DNA of 64,000 nucleotides from the sequence record OR413581.1. One strand, written 5' to 3'. Position 1 is the stretch's first letter; each line of letters opens with the position of its first letter. Below are positions 45,159 through 54,015 of this stretch, in pieces. A program made the translations under genes and the position numbers. Below the pieces are notes generated by a model. That model worked only from the letters and a program-made list of their open reading frames with translations, was not told the origin of the DNA and ran no database searches.

Positions 45159-47903
45159 ATGGTAGAAATTCAAATGACTTACACGAGTATGGGGGTACGG
45201 GTTGAAGTCCCCATCCGCCAGGCTGAAAGGGCCATACTCGCGTGGGCCGAAGAGAATATGCACGCCCCAAAGATGGGCAAGCAACATGGACGAATAACCA
45301 CGGAACGCGGCGATGCGTACTACGCCCACATTCCGTCTTTAAGGACATTCATTTTCCATAAAGTGTTCGCTGAGAAGATTAAACATATCCTCCAACGGGC
45401 AGCAATTGAATACGCTTTTCAGTACAAGCTTACAGAGCACCATCCTGAACGTGCAGAACCTTATAAGTGCACGTTTGATAATTACGGATTCAAGATGGAA
45501 GAGACAGACCCAGAGTCGCGTTTCTATTATCAGAATGAAGTCGTAGCCGCCGCAACAGATCCATCGCGCTCACAAACGGTTTTCGCGATACAAACAGGAA
45601 GAGGAAAAGCTCTCGCGCATGGTACGCGTGTGCGTGTACCGGGTGGTTGGAAGAACATTGAGGATATACAGCTAGGTGATTACGTTACGGGGCGTGACGG
45701 AAAACCAGCAATGGTCTCTGGAGTGTTCCCACAGGGTGTGGTTGACCTGTATCAGGTGACGTTTTGGGATGGTAGGAGTGTTGACGTATGTGGCGAGCAC
45801 TTGTGGCAAAGCTACTACGTTAATACCACCGAGAATCGTCGCTGGGGTGTACGTGATACCCTAGAGATGAAACGTTTAATTTCGATGCCTAATCCACGGG
45901 TATACATCCCATTACCAGAACCAGAGGAAATGCCAGCTAAGGATTTTGTCATTCATCCGTATTTACTCGGTATCCTCTTGGGTGATGGCTCCCTATCGAT
46001 GCCTGGCGTTTTATACACCAAAGGCGATGTGGAGATTCGTGACCGTGTTGCTGAGGTCATGCCCGCTGGACATGCAATCCATGATTCATCGTACAGCGAT
46101 GGGATAACGAAGTGCATCTCTTGTCCCGGCGGTGTTAACCTTGTCCGCAGAGAGCTTGAGCGGTTAGGGTTAATTGGCTGCAGGTCTTGGGAAAAGTTCA
46201 TACCTGGAGATTACTTCGAAACGTCCATCGAACAACGGTGGGAGTTGTTGCGTGGCTTGATGGATACTGACGGTACTGTGGATAAGGATGGTGGTACGCC
46301 TTCTTTCTGTTCCACCAGTAAAGAATTGGCTTTAGGTGTTCAGGAACTTGTGCGGTCTTTAGGAGGGATTGCAACACTACGCGAGAAACGTCCGTTCTTC
46401 ACACACAACGGCGAACGTCGTGAAGGTCGTTTGGCTTATAACGTCTCCATCCGCCACAAAACACCATCGAAACTGTTCCATCTTCCAAGGAAGAAAGAAC
46501 TGTGTCGTGATAACGGACAATACACCGATATACTGAAACTCCGTGTTAAGTCTATCGAACCCATTGGTCGTGATCTTGCCACGTGTATTCGTGTCGAGAA
46601 CGACGATGCGTTGTTTGTGGTGGACAAGTGGATCGTTACGCACAACACCAAGACCTGTATGAAGTCGATGGTTAAACGGGGAACCCGTACCGCATTGATT
46701 CACCGTCCGTCATACGTTCCCAAATGGCTGTTTGACGTCTGTGATGATGAAACAGGACTTCGTATACTTCGTGACGAGGTGTTAGTTTGTACAGGCGTAC
46801 AGGCGATTTACGACGCGTTGGAGATGGGTAAGTCGGGAGAGCTAGATAGACGCGGTATTAAGGTAATAATCCTCCCCACGGTCTCTCTACAGCGTTTCCT
46901 GAAGGAGTACATTAACACTGCTGCGACTAACCCTGTGGACCTGGATACGTTTTATGATGTTCTGGGTGTGGGTCTGGTGGCGATGGATGAGGTGCACGAG
47001 CATTTTCACCTCGTTTACATGGCTGGTATAATGTTGAACCCGCCGGCATCGATAGAGATGTCTGCAACTCTTAAACCGGGTAGCAGTAAAGCCTTTATCG
47101 CGGAGCGGTATTTAGAACGTTTCCCAATGGAGTACCGAATCAGTATTCCAATCATTCCGGTGGTTGACGTGAAAGCGTTGTACTATCGACTGGATGATAA
47201 GAAGTTCGCGTGGTGGGCGTCGAAGATGACGCCGTATAACCACAAACTCTTCGAAGGGAAGCTGATTAAAGAGAACTTGCATTTAGAATACGCGAACATG
47301 ATCTGGGATGTGGTTGAGAAATCGTTCCTTAAACGGTATCAACCCGGCCAGAAGTGTTTGCTGCTATTTGCCACGGTTGCAATGTGTGAGTTCTTTACCG
47401 AGTATGTGAAAGATAAGTTATCGCGTGACCCTGTATTCCATCCACTGATGGTGGCGAAATATAATGCAGGCGATTCGTATGACGACTTTATCCAAGCAGA
47501 CTTCTCTATCTCCACACCGGGGAAAGCGGGGACTGCGGTCGATAAACCTGGGTTGGTGCACATGTACATTTCAACCCCGGTAGAAGACCAGCAACTGAAC
47601 GAACAGATGGCCGGTCGTCCACGTAAGATTCTCCACAACGAATGGGGTGAAATAGACCCAACGGTGTGGTTATTCCATGCGTATAACGTACCGAAGCATT
47701 GCAATTACCTGAATGCCCGCCAGAAATCACTCAAGGATGTCGTATTGTCGTTCCGTATCGCGACATCCCCCTACGTTGTAAGGAAATCACATGCTCACTC
47801 CGCCGCGTCCAGCAGAGCCGCTGCCACCCTACATCGGAATGACTTTAGCAAGTTTTCTCGAAAACATTCTAAAGGCGTATCCCGGCGTAGAAGACGTCGC
47901 TAA
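45159..47903 (+). CDS. Superfamily 2 helicase containing an intein
   Basis: Walker A QTGRGK|T split by the intein, DEVH Walker B, SAT motif III, QMAGRPR motif VI. Confidence 0.88.
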   Translation: MVEIQMTYTSMGVRVEVPIRQAERAILAWAEENMHAPKMGKQHGRITTERGDAYYAHIPSLRTFIFHKVFAEKIKHILQRAAIEYAFQYKLTEHHPERAEPYKCTFDNYGFKMEETDPESRFYYQNEVVAAATDPSRSQTVFAIQTGRGKALAHGTRVRVPGGWKNIEDIQLGDYVTGRDGKPAMVSGVFPQGVVDLYQVTFWDGRSVDVCGEHLWQSYYVNTTENRRWGVRDTLEMKRLISMPNPRVYIPLPEPEEMPAKDFVIHPYLLGILLGDGSLSMPGVLYTKGDVEIRDRVAEVMPAGHAIHDSSYSDGITKCISCPGGVNLVRRELERLGLIGCRSWEKFIPGDYFETSIEQRWELLRGLMDTDGTVDKDGGTPSFCSTSKELALGVQELVRSLGGIATLREKRPFFTHNGERREGRLAYNVSIRHKTPSKLFHLPRKKELCRDNGQYTDILKLRVKSIEPIGRDLATCIRVENDDALFVVDKWIVTHNTKTCMKSMVKRGTRTALIHRPSYVPKWLFDVCDDETGLRILRDEVLVCTGVQAIYDALEMGKSGELDRRGIKVIILPTVSLQRFLKEYINTAATNPVDLDTFYDVLGVGLVAMDEVHEHFHLVYMAGIMLNPPASIEMSATLKPGSSKAFIAERYLERFPMEYRISIPIIPVVDVKALYYRLDDKKFAWWASKMTPYNHKLFEGKLIKENLHLEYANMIWDVVEKSFLKRYQPGQKCLLLFATVAMCEFFTEYVKDKLSRDPVFHPLMVAKYNAGDSYDDFIQADFSISTPGKAGTAVDKPGLVHMYISTPVEDQQLNEQMAGRPRKILHNEWGEIDPTVWLFHAYNVPKHCNYLNARQKSLKDVVLSFRIATSPYVVRKSHAHSAASSRAAATLHRNDFSKFSRKHSKGVSRRRRRR
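45609..46646 (+). mobile_element. Class 3 intein with LAGLIDADG homing endonuclease (346 aa)
   Basis: Starts ALAHGTRV (Ala1); block B CGEHLW, block F ATCIRV, block G WIVTHN followed by +1 Thr; endonuclease motifs LLGILLGDGS and LRGLMDTDG. Confidence 0.92.
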
Positions 47904-48174
47904 GAAACTCTGCACCGACGCCACTATCAACCAGGCGTTTCACTACTACATGGTCACTGAACATTACAGCGGCCTGTTCCTTAACCAACGCGGGTTGACG
48001 TACTACGTCACCCGCACGTCAAGTATCCGTAACACTTCGTCGTACGAGTTATATACGTACGTGTTGTGGAATGAGAACCCGGCCGGTAGTGTCGATCAGA
48101 ATCCGAAGATGGCTTATCGTCTTTACTCTGAAAAATGGCACGATTGGGTGACTGTTCCACACGATGCAAGTTAA
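47839..48174 (+). CDS. Hypothetical protein
   Basis: Overlaps the 3' end of the helicase; start uncertain (47791 or 47839). Confidence 0.55.
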   Translation: MTLASFLENILKAYPGVEDVAKKLCTDATINQAFHYYMVTEHYSGLFLNQRGLTYYVTRTSSIRNTSSYELYTYVLWNENPAGSVDQNPKMAYRLYSEKWHDWVTVPHDAS

Positions 48175-48234
48175 TCACGTTTTGGGTGTATATTGTGTAT
48201 ACACCCAACCCCTAATTGCAAAAGGATTATTACG

Positions 48235-48855
48235 ATGAGTCGTCGCAAAAAGAAACCCGCTTATAACCCACGTAAAGACGCACGCGATTTCGTCAAGGCG
48301 ATGATGCAGTCTGTGTTGAAAAAACAAGCTGTGTTTATCGAAAGTACCGAATTCCTGTCAGGCAAAATTGATCGGGAGCGTGAAGTAACTGAAGCCATTG
48401 CGCACGAAGAGCTGAAAGCTTTCACGTTGAAAGCGCTGGATGAAGCACAAGCGGCATTCCTCGGCATGTGCCAACAAGGCAAAGAGCTGTTCGGTAAACT
48501 GATTGTTGAGGCAGATGCTAAGGCTGTGCCGGTGTTTGACATGCTGAACGATAACAGCAAAACCTGGAAAGAGGTTAAAGACCAGTTCCACGTCGACCAC
48601 ACCGAGCTGTCTTTGATTGACCAGCGGGCGAATATGCTCGCGATGGATATCCAGGGCACCAGTATCGAAATCTTCTCTACGTATAACGCGAAAGTGAAGT
48701 TCGTGAAGCAGGCGCTGAATAACGGTCATACCGTGGAACAAGCCGAAGTTCTGTTGGCCGAAGCTCTGGCTAATAATTCGAAAGAACTCCCTAAAAACGC
48801 CATCGTCGATCACAACGACGTTGTAGTAGAAACCGAGGAAGCGGCACATGTCTGA
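48235..48855 (+). CDS. Hypothetical protein, basic N-terminus, helical
   Basis: ATG 48235 follows AAGGA; MSRRKKKP. Confidence 0.75.
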   Translation: MSRRKKKPAYNPRKDARDFVKAMMQSVLKKQAVFIESTEFLSGKIDREREVTEAIAHEELKAFTLKALDEAQAAFLGMCQQGKELFGKLIVEADAKAVPVFDMLNDNSKTWKEVKDQFHVDHTELSLIDQRANMLAMDIQGTSIEIFSTYNAKVKFVKQALNNGHTVEQAEVLLAEALANNSKELPKNAIVDHNDVVVETEEAAHV

Positions 48856-50815
48856 GATCCAAGATCAGCGTCCGGGTAATGCCCGTCGCCCTAATCCCGA
48901 TCAGCCAGCCCCTGTGGCGGCTGCTACCCAACAAGAGATGATTCTTCCGACCGTGCCTGATGACGCGAATCCGGATGCAATCATCATGGCTATTAAACAA
49001 GCCAACCCCGATTTTTCTTTTGCCCGTGCAGAAGAAGTTTATCACCAACATTATCATCAGCCGGAGCCTAAGCTCGAGCGTCCGACGTTTGTAGAAGAAG
49101 CTTTGCCAGAACCGGCACCGGTACAGCCTGTAGCCCAGACCTTCTCTGAACAGGTGCACGAGCATATTCATCACGCCCCAGAACCGGTGGTAGAGAAAGC
49201 GCCTGCGGTAGAACCTGCTCCGCAGCCAAAAGCTCCGGAAGCGGTTGCACCGGCACAGCCGGCTGTAAAAGAAATGGAAGACGCAGCACCGAAGGTTCCG
49301 GAACAACAACAGGTGCGTGAGATTGACTTCGGTAATACCCATTTAGCTGAAACTGCCGAAATGGGTGAAGACGAAGCCGATCGTATTCTGACACAATCGA
49401 AGATGTTGATTGGTCTGAAACAAGACCCTAACATCATTGCAGACTCCCTGCAAAAGTTCCTCGGTAATATTAAACGTTCACCGAAAGACGGTCGGCTGCT
49501 GTTCGAAAGTCCTGAACAACAACAGGTCTACGACGACATCTATCGTGCTTTGAACATGACACCGCCACGTCTACAGGACGGCGTACCGGCATTCGCTGGT
49601 GCACTGGACCGTGGTGACACCGCTTGGGAACAGCGTGTGATGTTGCCGGACGGTAAGGCATCTGGTGCTATTGCACCGCGTGACAATATGCACACTGGCG
49701 CGCTGGCTGCTTTGCGTCGTGTACGTAAGTCGGGTATTCCGAACATGGTTTGGCTGCCGGCCACAGGTATCTACGTGGGCTTCCGCGCACCACATGAACG
49801 CGACCTTTGTGACTTCGACATGCGTCTAACGCTGGAAACTGCGACCATCGGTATGCAGACCTACGGATTGATGCTGTCGTCGTCTTCTGGCGTGTACATG
49901 CGTCACATGGTTGAATTCGCACTTCAGTTTGTTACCGAAGCAACCATCGATTGTGCAGGTAACGATCTGCGTACGGTGCTGTTGGATACCATTGATCTGG
50001 CTGACTACTGGCTGGTTATTCTGGGTCCGTTGCAGGCGAAGTGGCCGTCTGGTATTCCATGGACGCTGATGTGTGGCGAAGACGGTTGCACTCAGCAGGA
50101 AGATGTGAAGCTGAATATCGCACGTTGTATCCGTTTTGGTTCCGGTCTGTTTAGCGACCTGCAGAAACAACTGTGGGCACGTCAGCGCGGTACTGAGCGT
50201 CCAGTGATTTCTATTGCTGAACAGCGCGAATATATCGCGGCGCATCAGGTTGACCCATCCTCGGTATTTGAATACCACGACGTGCGTGTTGAATTTGGCC
50301 GTTCTACCCTGGGTAGCTTCTTTGACTCCACTGAGAAGTGGATTGAAGACGTTAACGCGTCAACTACGGCAGCGCTGTCTGAATTTGCTACCGAGCGTGA
50401 ACGTGAATCCCATATGCGTTTAACTGCGGAAGCCCGTCGCTTAACGCGCTACGCTCACATGGTGAAATCTATCACTGTTAATGAGCAACGTGAAGTAAAC
50501 GGTGAAATGCAGGTTATCCCACAAACTGAAACCGACACAGCGAAAATCGTTGAGATGCTGGAAGAGCTGTCTTCCGACCGTATCTACGTTGGTCAGTTTG
50601 AAAACGCGATTGCTGAATACAACGAACGTACACGTTTAGCGGTATTCGGTTACATGGGTAAACGCTGCCCGGCGTGCGGTAAAACACACGGCGAGAAAGA
50701 CGGTCTGTATCGCGGTATTGTTACCATCTCACCGGACAGGGTTTTTTTCGTGCTCTCTCGAGTGGTGTCCGAGATTCAGAAATTCTTGCTGGATCAATAC
50801 GCCGATATTGGCTAG
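48848..50815 (+). CDS. Conserved protein with Pro/Ala/Glu-rich N-terminus and Cys motifs; possible T4 gp26-like hub assembly factor
   Basis: 655 aa; CGEDGC and CPACG. Confidence 0.65.
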   Translation: MSEIQDQRPGNARRPNPDQPAPVAAATQQEMILPTVPDDANPDAIIMAIKQANPDFSFARAEEVYHQHYHQPEPKLERPTFVEEALPEPAPVQPVAQTFSEQVHEHIHHAPEPVVEKAPAVEPAPQPKAPEAVAPAQPAVKEMEDAAPKVPEQQQVREIDFGNTHLAETAEMGEDEADRILTQSKMLIGLKQDPNIIADSLQKFLGNIKRSPKDGRLLFESPEQQQVYDDIYRALNMTPPRLQDGVPAFAGALDRGDTAWEQRVMLPDGKASGAIAPRDNMHTGALAALRRVRKSGIPNMVWLPATGIYVGFRAPHERDLCDFDMRLTLETATIGMQTYGLMLSSSSGVYMRHMVEFALQFVTEATIDCAGNDLRTVLLDTIDLADYWLVILGPLQAKWPSGIPWTLMCGEDGCTQQEDVKLNIARCIRFGSGLFSDLQKQLWARQRGTERPVISIAEQREYIAAHQVDPSSVFEYHDVRVEFGRSTLGSFFDSTEKWIEDVNASTTAALSEFATERERESHMRLTAEARRLTRYAHMVKSITVNEQREVNGEMQVIPQTETDTAKIVEMLEELSSDRIYVGQFENAIAEYNERTRLAVFGYMGKRCPACGKTHGEKDGLYRGIVTISPDRVFFVLSRVVSEIQKFLLDQYADIG

Positions 50816-50859
50816 ACCAGGAAGACGTTCCGTCCGAGCAAATCATTACAACGCTCAAG

Positions 50860-51231
50860 ATGGATACCACCTCTCTCTTCAAGCAGCGTAGCACACGTCC
50901 TATTACGTATCAGGAAGCCCATAACGAGCTTCTGGAAGCGTATGACCGTACACTGGCTCTTAATACCGGCGACCATCAGGTAGGGTTGTCGGATTTTGAA
51001 AACCCGGTATACGGTAGTCTTTACGATATCTGGTACGCCACTTACTTACGTGAAGAGGTCGGTGAAAACTACCGGATGTCGATAGACGAGTTCCTCGACC
51101 GTCCCCGCTGGCAGATACTGCTGATGCTCGACAATATCCGTCGTCGCAAAGCGATTATCGCCAAAGCCGGCGAACAGGTGGCAGGTGAACGTGCGCTAAA
51201 GGAGCTGGAGAAAGATCTGACGGGACATTAA
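50860..51231 (+). CDS. Small conserved protein, possible T4 gp51-like assembly factor
   Basis: YRMSIDEFLDRPRWQ pattern; 123 aa. Confidence 0.55.
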   Translation: MDTTSLFKQRSTRPITYQEAHNELLEAYDRTLALNTGDHQVGLSDFENPVYGSLYDIWYATYLREEVGENYRMSIDEFLDRPRWQILLMLDNIRRRKAIIAKAGEQVAGERALKELEKDLTGH

Positions 51232-51239
51232 TAGAAATT

Positions 51240-51268
51240 CGGGGCTTCGGCCCCGTTTTCTTTTTTTT
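51240..51268 (+). terminator. Rho-independent terminator
   Basis: CGGGGC-TTCG-GCCCCG plus T tracts. Confidence 0.85.
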
Positions 51269-51284
51269 ATTCGCCTTGGTATGA

Positions 51285-52169
51285 ATGCCCTTTTCACTAT
51301 GGAACAGAGCCATGATTGATATTTATACCGACTATGCGGCTGTATTGACAGTCAACCGTCACGAAGGTCGTGCAGCACCGATGCTAGATTTAGTGACGCT
51401 CGGTATGGATTACGGTTACGATGTGGCGTTATCCGATGTTTATAGCAACCCGTTGTCTGACCCCGCGGACGAAACTGTCCGTCTGGAATCCATTATCGTG
51501 AAGGTAGCGGTTGGATTAGGCAACCGCCTCGGTATCGGACTTAATCCACAAATCGTCTTCCAGAAACCGAAAGAAACCGTACGTATCCTTCACGGTGTGT
51601 TGGAAGCCTTCGAAGAGTTCGAAGACAGTGATGCCCTTTACGGGATTGTCTCCTCTGGTGAGACACCAGAGTATATCCTGGAGAACATGTGTCGTTATGT
51701 TTACGGTGACGAAAACCTGCACTTCGAAGACCTGATTACTGTTGTCAGCCCACGCGTGCTTACCGTGATGGAAAACTTCTTAGCGGCAGAGTCGTTGGAA
51801 AGCCAGAAAAGAAATGGCGATGATGAGCGCCAAGAGCGTATCGTCACTTACTTGCGGTTGTTCCCTGAGAACCCGTCAGCGTTTGTCTTTATGAATCTGC
51901 CTGCTGAACCAGACTTAACAGTGGTGCAACAATCGTTAGAATTTCGCGTAGAGGACATTAGCGAAATTGATTTGCTGACGATGTATGCGGTAGGTTTATC
52001 GATTATTCCTCATGCGGAGTTTGACGGGGCTTACGGTGACTTAGAAAAGAACCTTGCCTTGTTGAACGTCGACAACGTCCCGCCTGGAGAAATCTTGCGG
52101 AAAGGATTGGAAGCGTTGAAAGTCATATACGCTAGTGGGGACGCGGAGGTAGATGATGAACAAGATTGA
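51285..52169 (+). CDS. Conserved acidic protein, probable virion component
   Basis: 294 aa (start may be 51312); precedes the vRNAP subunit. Confidence 0.65.
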   Translation: MPFSLWNRAMIDIYTDYAAVLTVNRHEGRAAPMLDLVTLGMDYGYDVALSDVYSNPLSDPADETVRLESIIVKVAVGLGNRLGIGLNPQIVFQKPKETVRILHGVLEAFEEFEDSDALYGIVSSGETPEYILENMCRYVYGDENLHFEDLITVVSPRVLTVMENFLAAESLESQKRNGDDERQERIVTYLRLFPENPSAFVFMNLPAEPDLTVVQQSLEFRVEDISEIDLLTMYAVGLSIIPHAEFDGAYGDLEKNLALLNVDNVPPGEILRKGLEALKVIYASGDAEVDDEQD

Positions 52170-53451
52170 TTATCTGGTTGCTGCGTGTAAAGCAGAAGCT
52201 TGGCGTAGACTGGTGTGGCGTATTGCGGTTTTCAACGTGGCCATCTTTAATGAAAAAGGTGAGCCACCTGAGCAATACGACCTGAACTACATTGACGGCT
52301 TACCCCACTACTGGGAAAACGAAGAAACCAAGTGGGTGCCGATTGAAGGGTGCAAAAAAGATGAAGAGCTGTTCGTGCCGGAAGAGCAGTTTGAATTGCG
52401 TCCTGAGATGTACCCAGGTTTAGCTGGTCCCATTCCGACTACCGTGGGTCGCTATGTCTTTAACTGGATTGCTATCTACTATGCTTTCGGTACCCGTCTC
52501 CCGTATCTGGCAGAGTCTCGTGACCCGCTAGCCTACCGTAAAGAGATGTATGAGCGTTGTGTGGAATATGATGACACCGATCCAGACAACGAAGACGCGA
52601 TTCGACCGTACATGATAGGACGCTTTGTAGGGGGTCTACACGAGCTTGCTCCGTTGTGTCGTGGGATTGCCCCAACAGGAACTATTAGAAGCCTTACAAC
52701 GCATCCTGACGCGTATAAGGTACGAGATGCGTTGCTGTTGAAGCACAAAGACGAACTGGATAACCCTGCGGTTATCGTTATGATTGAAAAAGCTCTCGAC
52801 GAACTTGATAAAGAGTGGTTGAGTGGCGACCAGTCCGTTGAGTTCTACAGCTCTCCTAAAGCGCGTATGCGTCGCCGTAAGCTGATGCTGATGTATGGTA
52901 TTCAGACCGCTTTTAAAGAAGGTGCAGATTTTACCTTAATCCCAACGAGTCTGATGGAAGTTGATCAGACCGGGATGAAGTATCTGGTAGAGAAATTCAA
53001 TGATACGCGAGAAGGTTCCTTCATGCGTGGTGCAGAAACTGCCAAGGGCGGGGAGCAAGTACGTATCATCCAGATGATCTTCCAGAACCACAAAATCGTA
53101 CCTGGTGATTGCGGGACAAAACTGACACATGCACTTGTAATTAACCAGTATAACTACAAGCGTTATGTTGGCATGAACGCGATGATTAACGGTAAAGTTA
53201 CCCAACTTACTGAAGAGTATTTGAAAACGCAATTTGGTAAAGTTGTTCGACTCCGCCGACCCATCTTATGTCAGCAAGGTCACGTAGACTGTTGTGCGGC
53301 GTGCGCCTCTGCACACAAAGCAGAAGAGCCACGGGCAATCGCTGCGGATATCTCATCCGGCTTCTCGAACGTTATGACCACTGCAATGGGTGCGATGCAC
53401 GGTCGTGAAACCGTGGTTAAAGAGTACATCCCTAAATTCCACATCACCTAA
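52153..53451 (+). CDS. rpoC: Virion RNA polymerase beta-prime subunit fragment (phiKZ gp80-like)
   Basis: Bridge-helix-like ETAKGGE, GDCGT, LRRPILC...CCAAC Zn site, trigger-loop-like MGAMHG. Confidence 0.82.
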   Translation: MMNKIDYLVAACKAEAWRRLVWRIAVFNVAIFNEKGEPPEQYDLNYIDGLPHYWENEETKWVPIEGCKKDEELFVPEEQFELRPEMYPGLAGPIPTTVGRYVFNWIAIYYAFGTRLPYLAESRDPLAYRKEMYERCVEYDDTDPDNEDAIRPYMIGRFVGGLHELAPLCRGIAPTGTIRSLTTHPDAYKVRDALLLKHKDELDNPAVIVMIEKALDELDKEWLSGDQSVEFYSSPKARMRRRKLMLMYGIQTAFKEGADFTLIPTSLMEVDQTGMKYLVEKFNDTREGSFMRGAETAKGGEQVRIIQMIFQNHKIVPGDCGTKLTHALVINQYNYKRYVGMNAMINGKVTQLTEEYLKTQFGKVVRLRRPILCQQGHVDCCAACASAHKAEEPRAIAADISSGFSNVMTTAMGAMHGRETVVKEYIPKFHIT

Positions 53452-53464
53452 GGATTGTTTCCTC

Positions 53465-53965
53465 ATGACTAAGAAAGACACTACTACCCTTGACCCGCGT
53501 ACAGAAGGCGTGGTCCGTGATAGCGCTTCTTACAGCAACGACGACCAATATCGTGTTAAACTGATCACCACGATGCTCGATGAAGCAGGTAACAATGCCG
53601 GCCCACGTAAAGCATCTGGTACCCAGGCTGAGAAAGATGCGTATAATAAGCTGCATCACTCTTTCCGTGAGCTGTTTAAACTGCGCGGTCAGGCCTTCCT
53701 AGACGGTTTCTACGCCTTTGTAGAAGCGGCTAATAAGCACCGTAACGGTATTTTCTACGCACCGGCTGCTAATAACCGTATCAGTGAGAACTTCCCGAAT
53801 CGTGACGAGCGTGAAGTCTTCGTTATCTTTATTAACATGCTGATTCGTTACGCACGTTGCGCTGACAAAGGCCGTTTCCGTGATACCAACGATGTTGACC
53901 GTCTGGCTCGTCGCTTGAACGACCCGGACCTGCGTTCGCTGGTTATGCACGCCTTTGGCGGTTAA
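53465..53965 (+). CDS. Conserved hypothetical/virion protein
   Basis: ATG 53465 follows AAGGA; strong high-expression codon usage. Confidence 0.7.
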   Translation: MTKKDTTTLDPRTEGVVRDSASYSNDDQYRVKLITTMLDEAGNNAGPRKASGTQAEKDAYNKLHHSFRELFKLRGQAFLDGFYAFVEAANKHRNGIFYAPAANNRISENFPNRDEREVFVIFINMLIRYARCADKGRFRDTNDVDRLARRLNDPDLRSLVMHAFGG

Positions 53966-54012
53966 ATAAAAGTACCTCTCTACCCTAGGGTAGAGAGGCC
54001 TTTCTTTTTTTT
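53966..54012. terminator. Bidirectional terminator
   Basis: CCTCTCTACC/GGTAGAGAGG stem with A and T tracts. Confidence 0.85.
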
Positions 54013-54015
54013 GTT

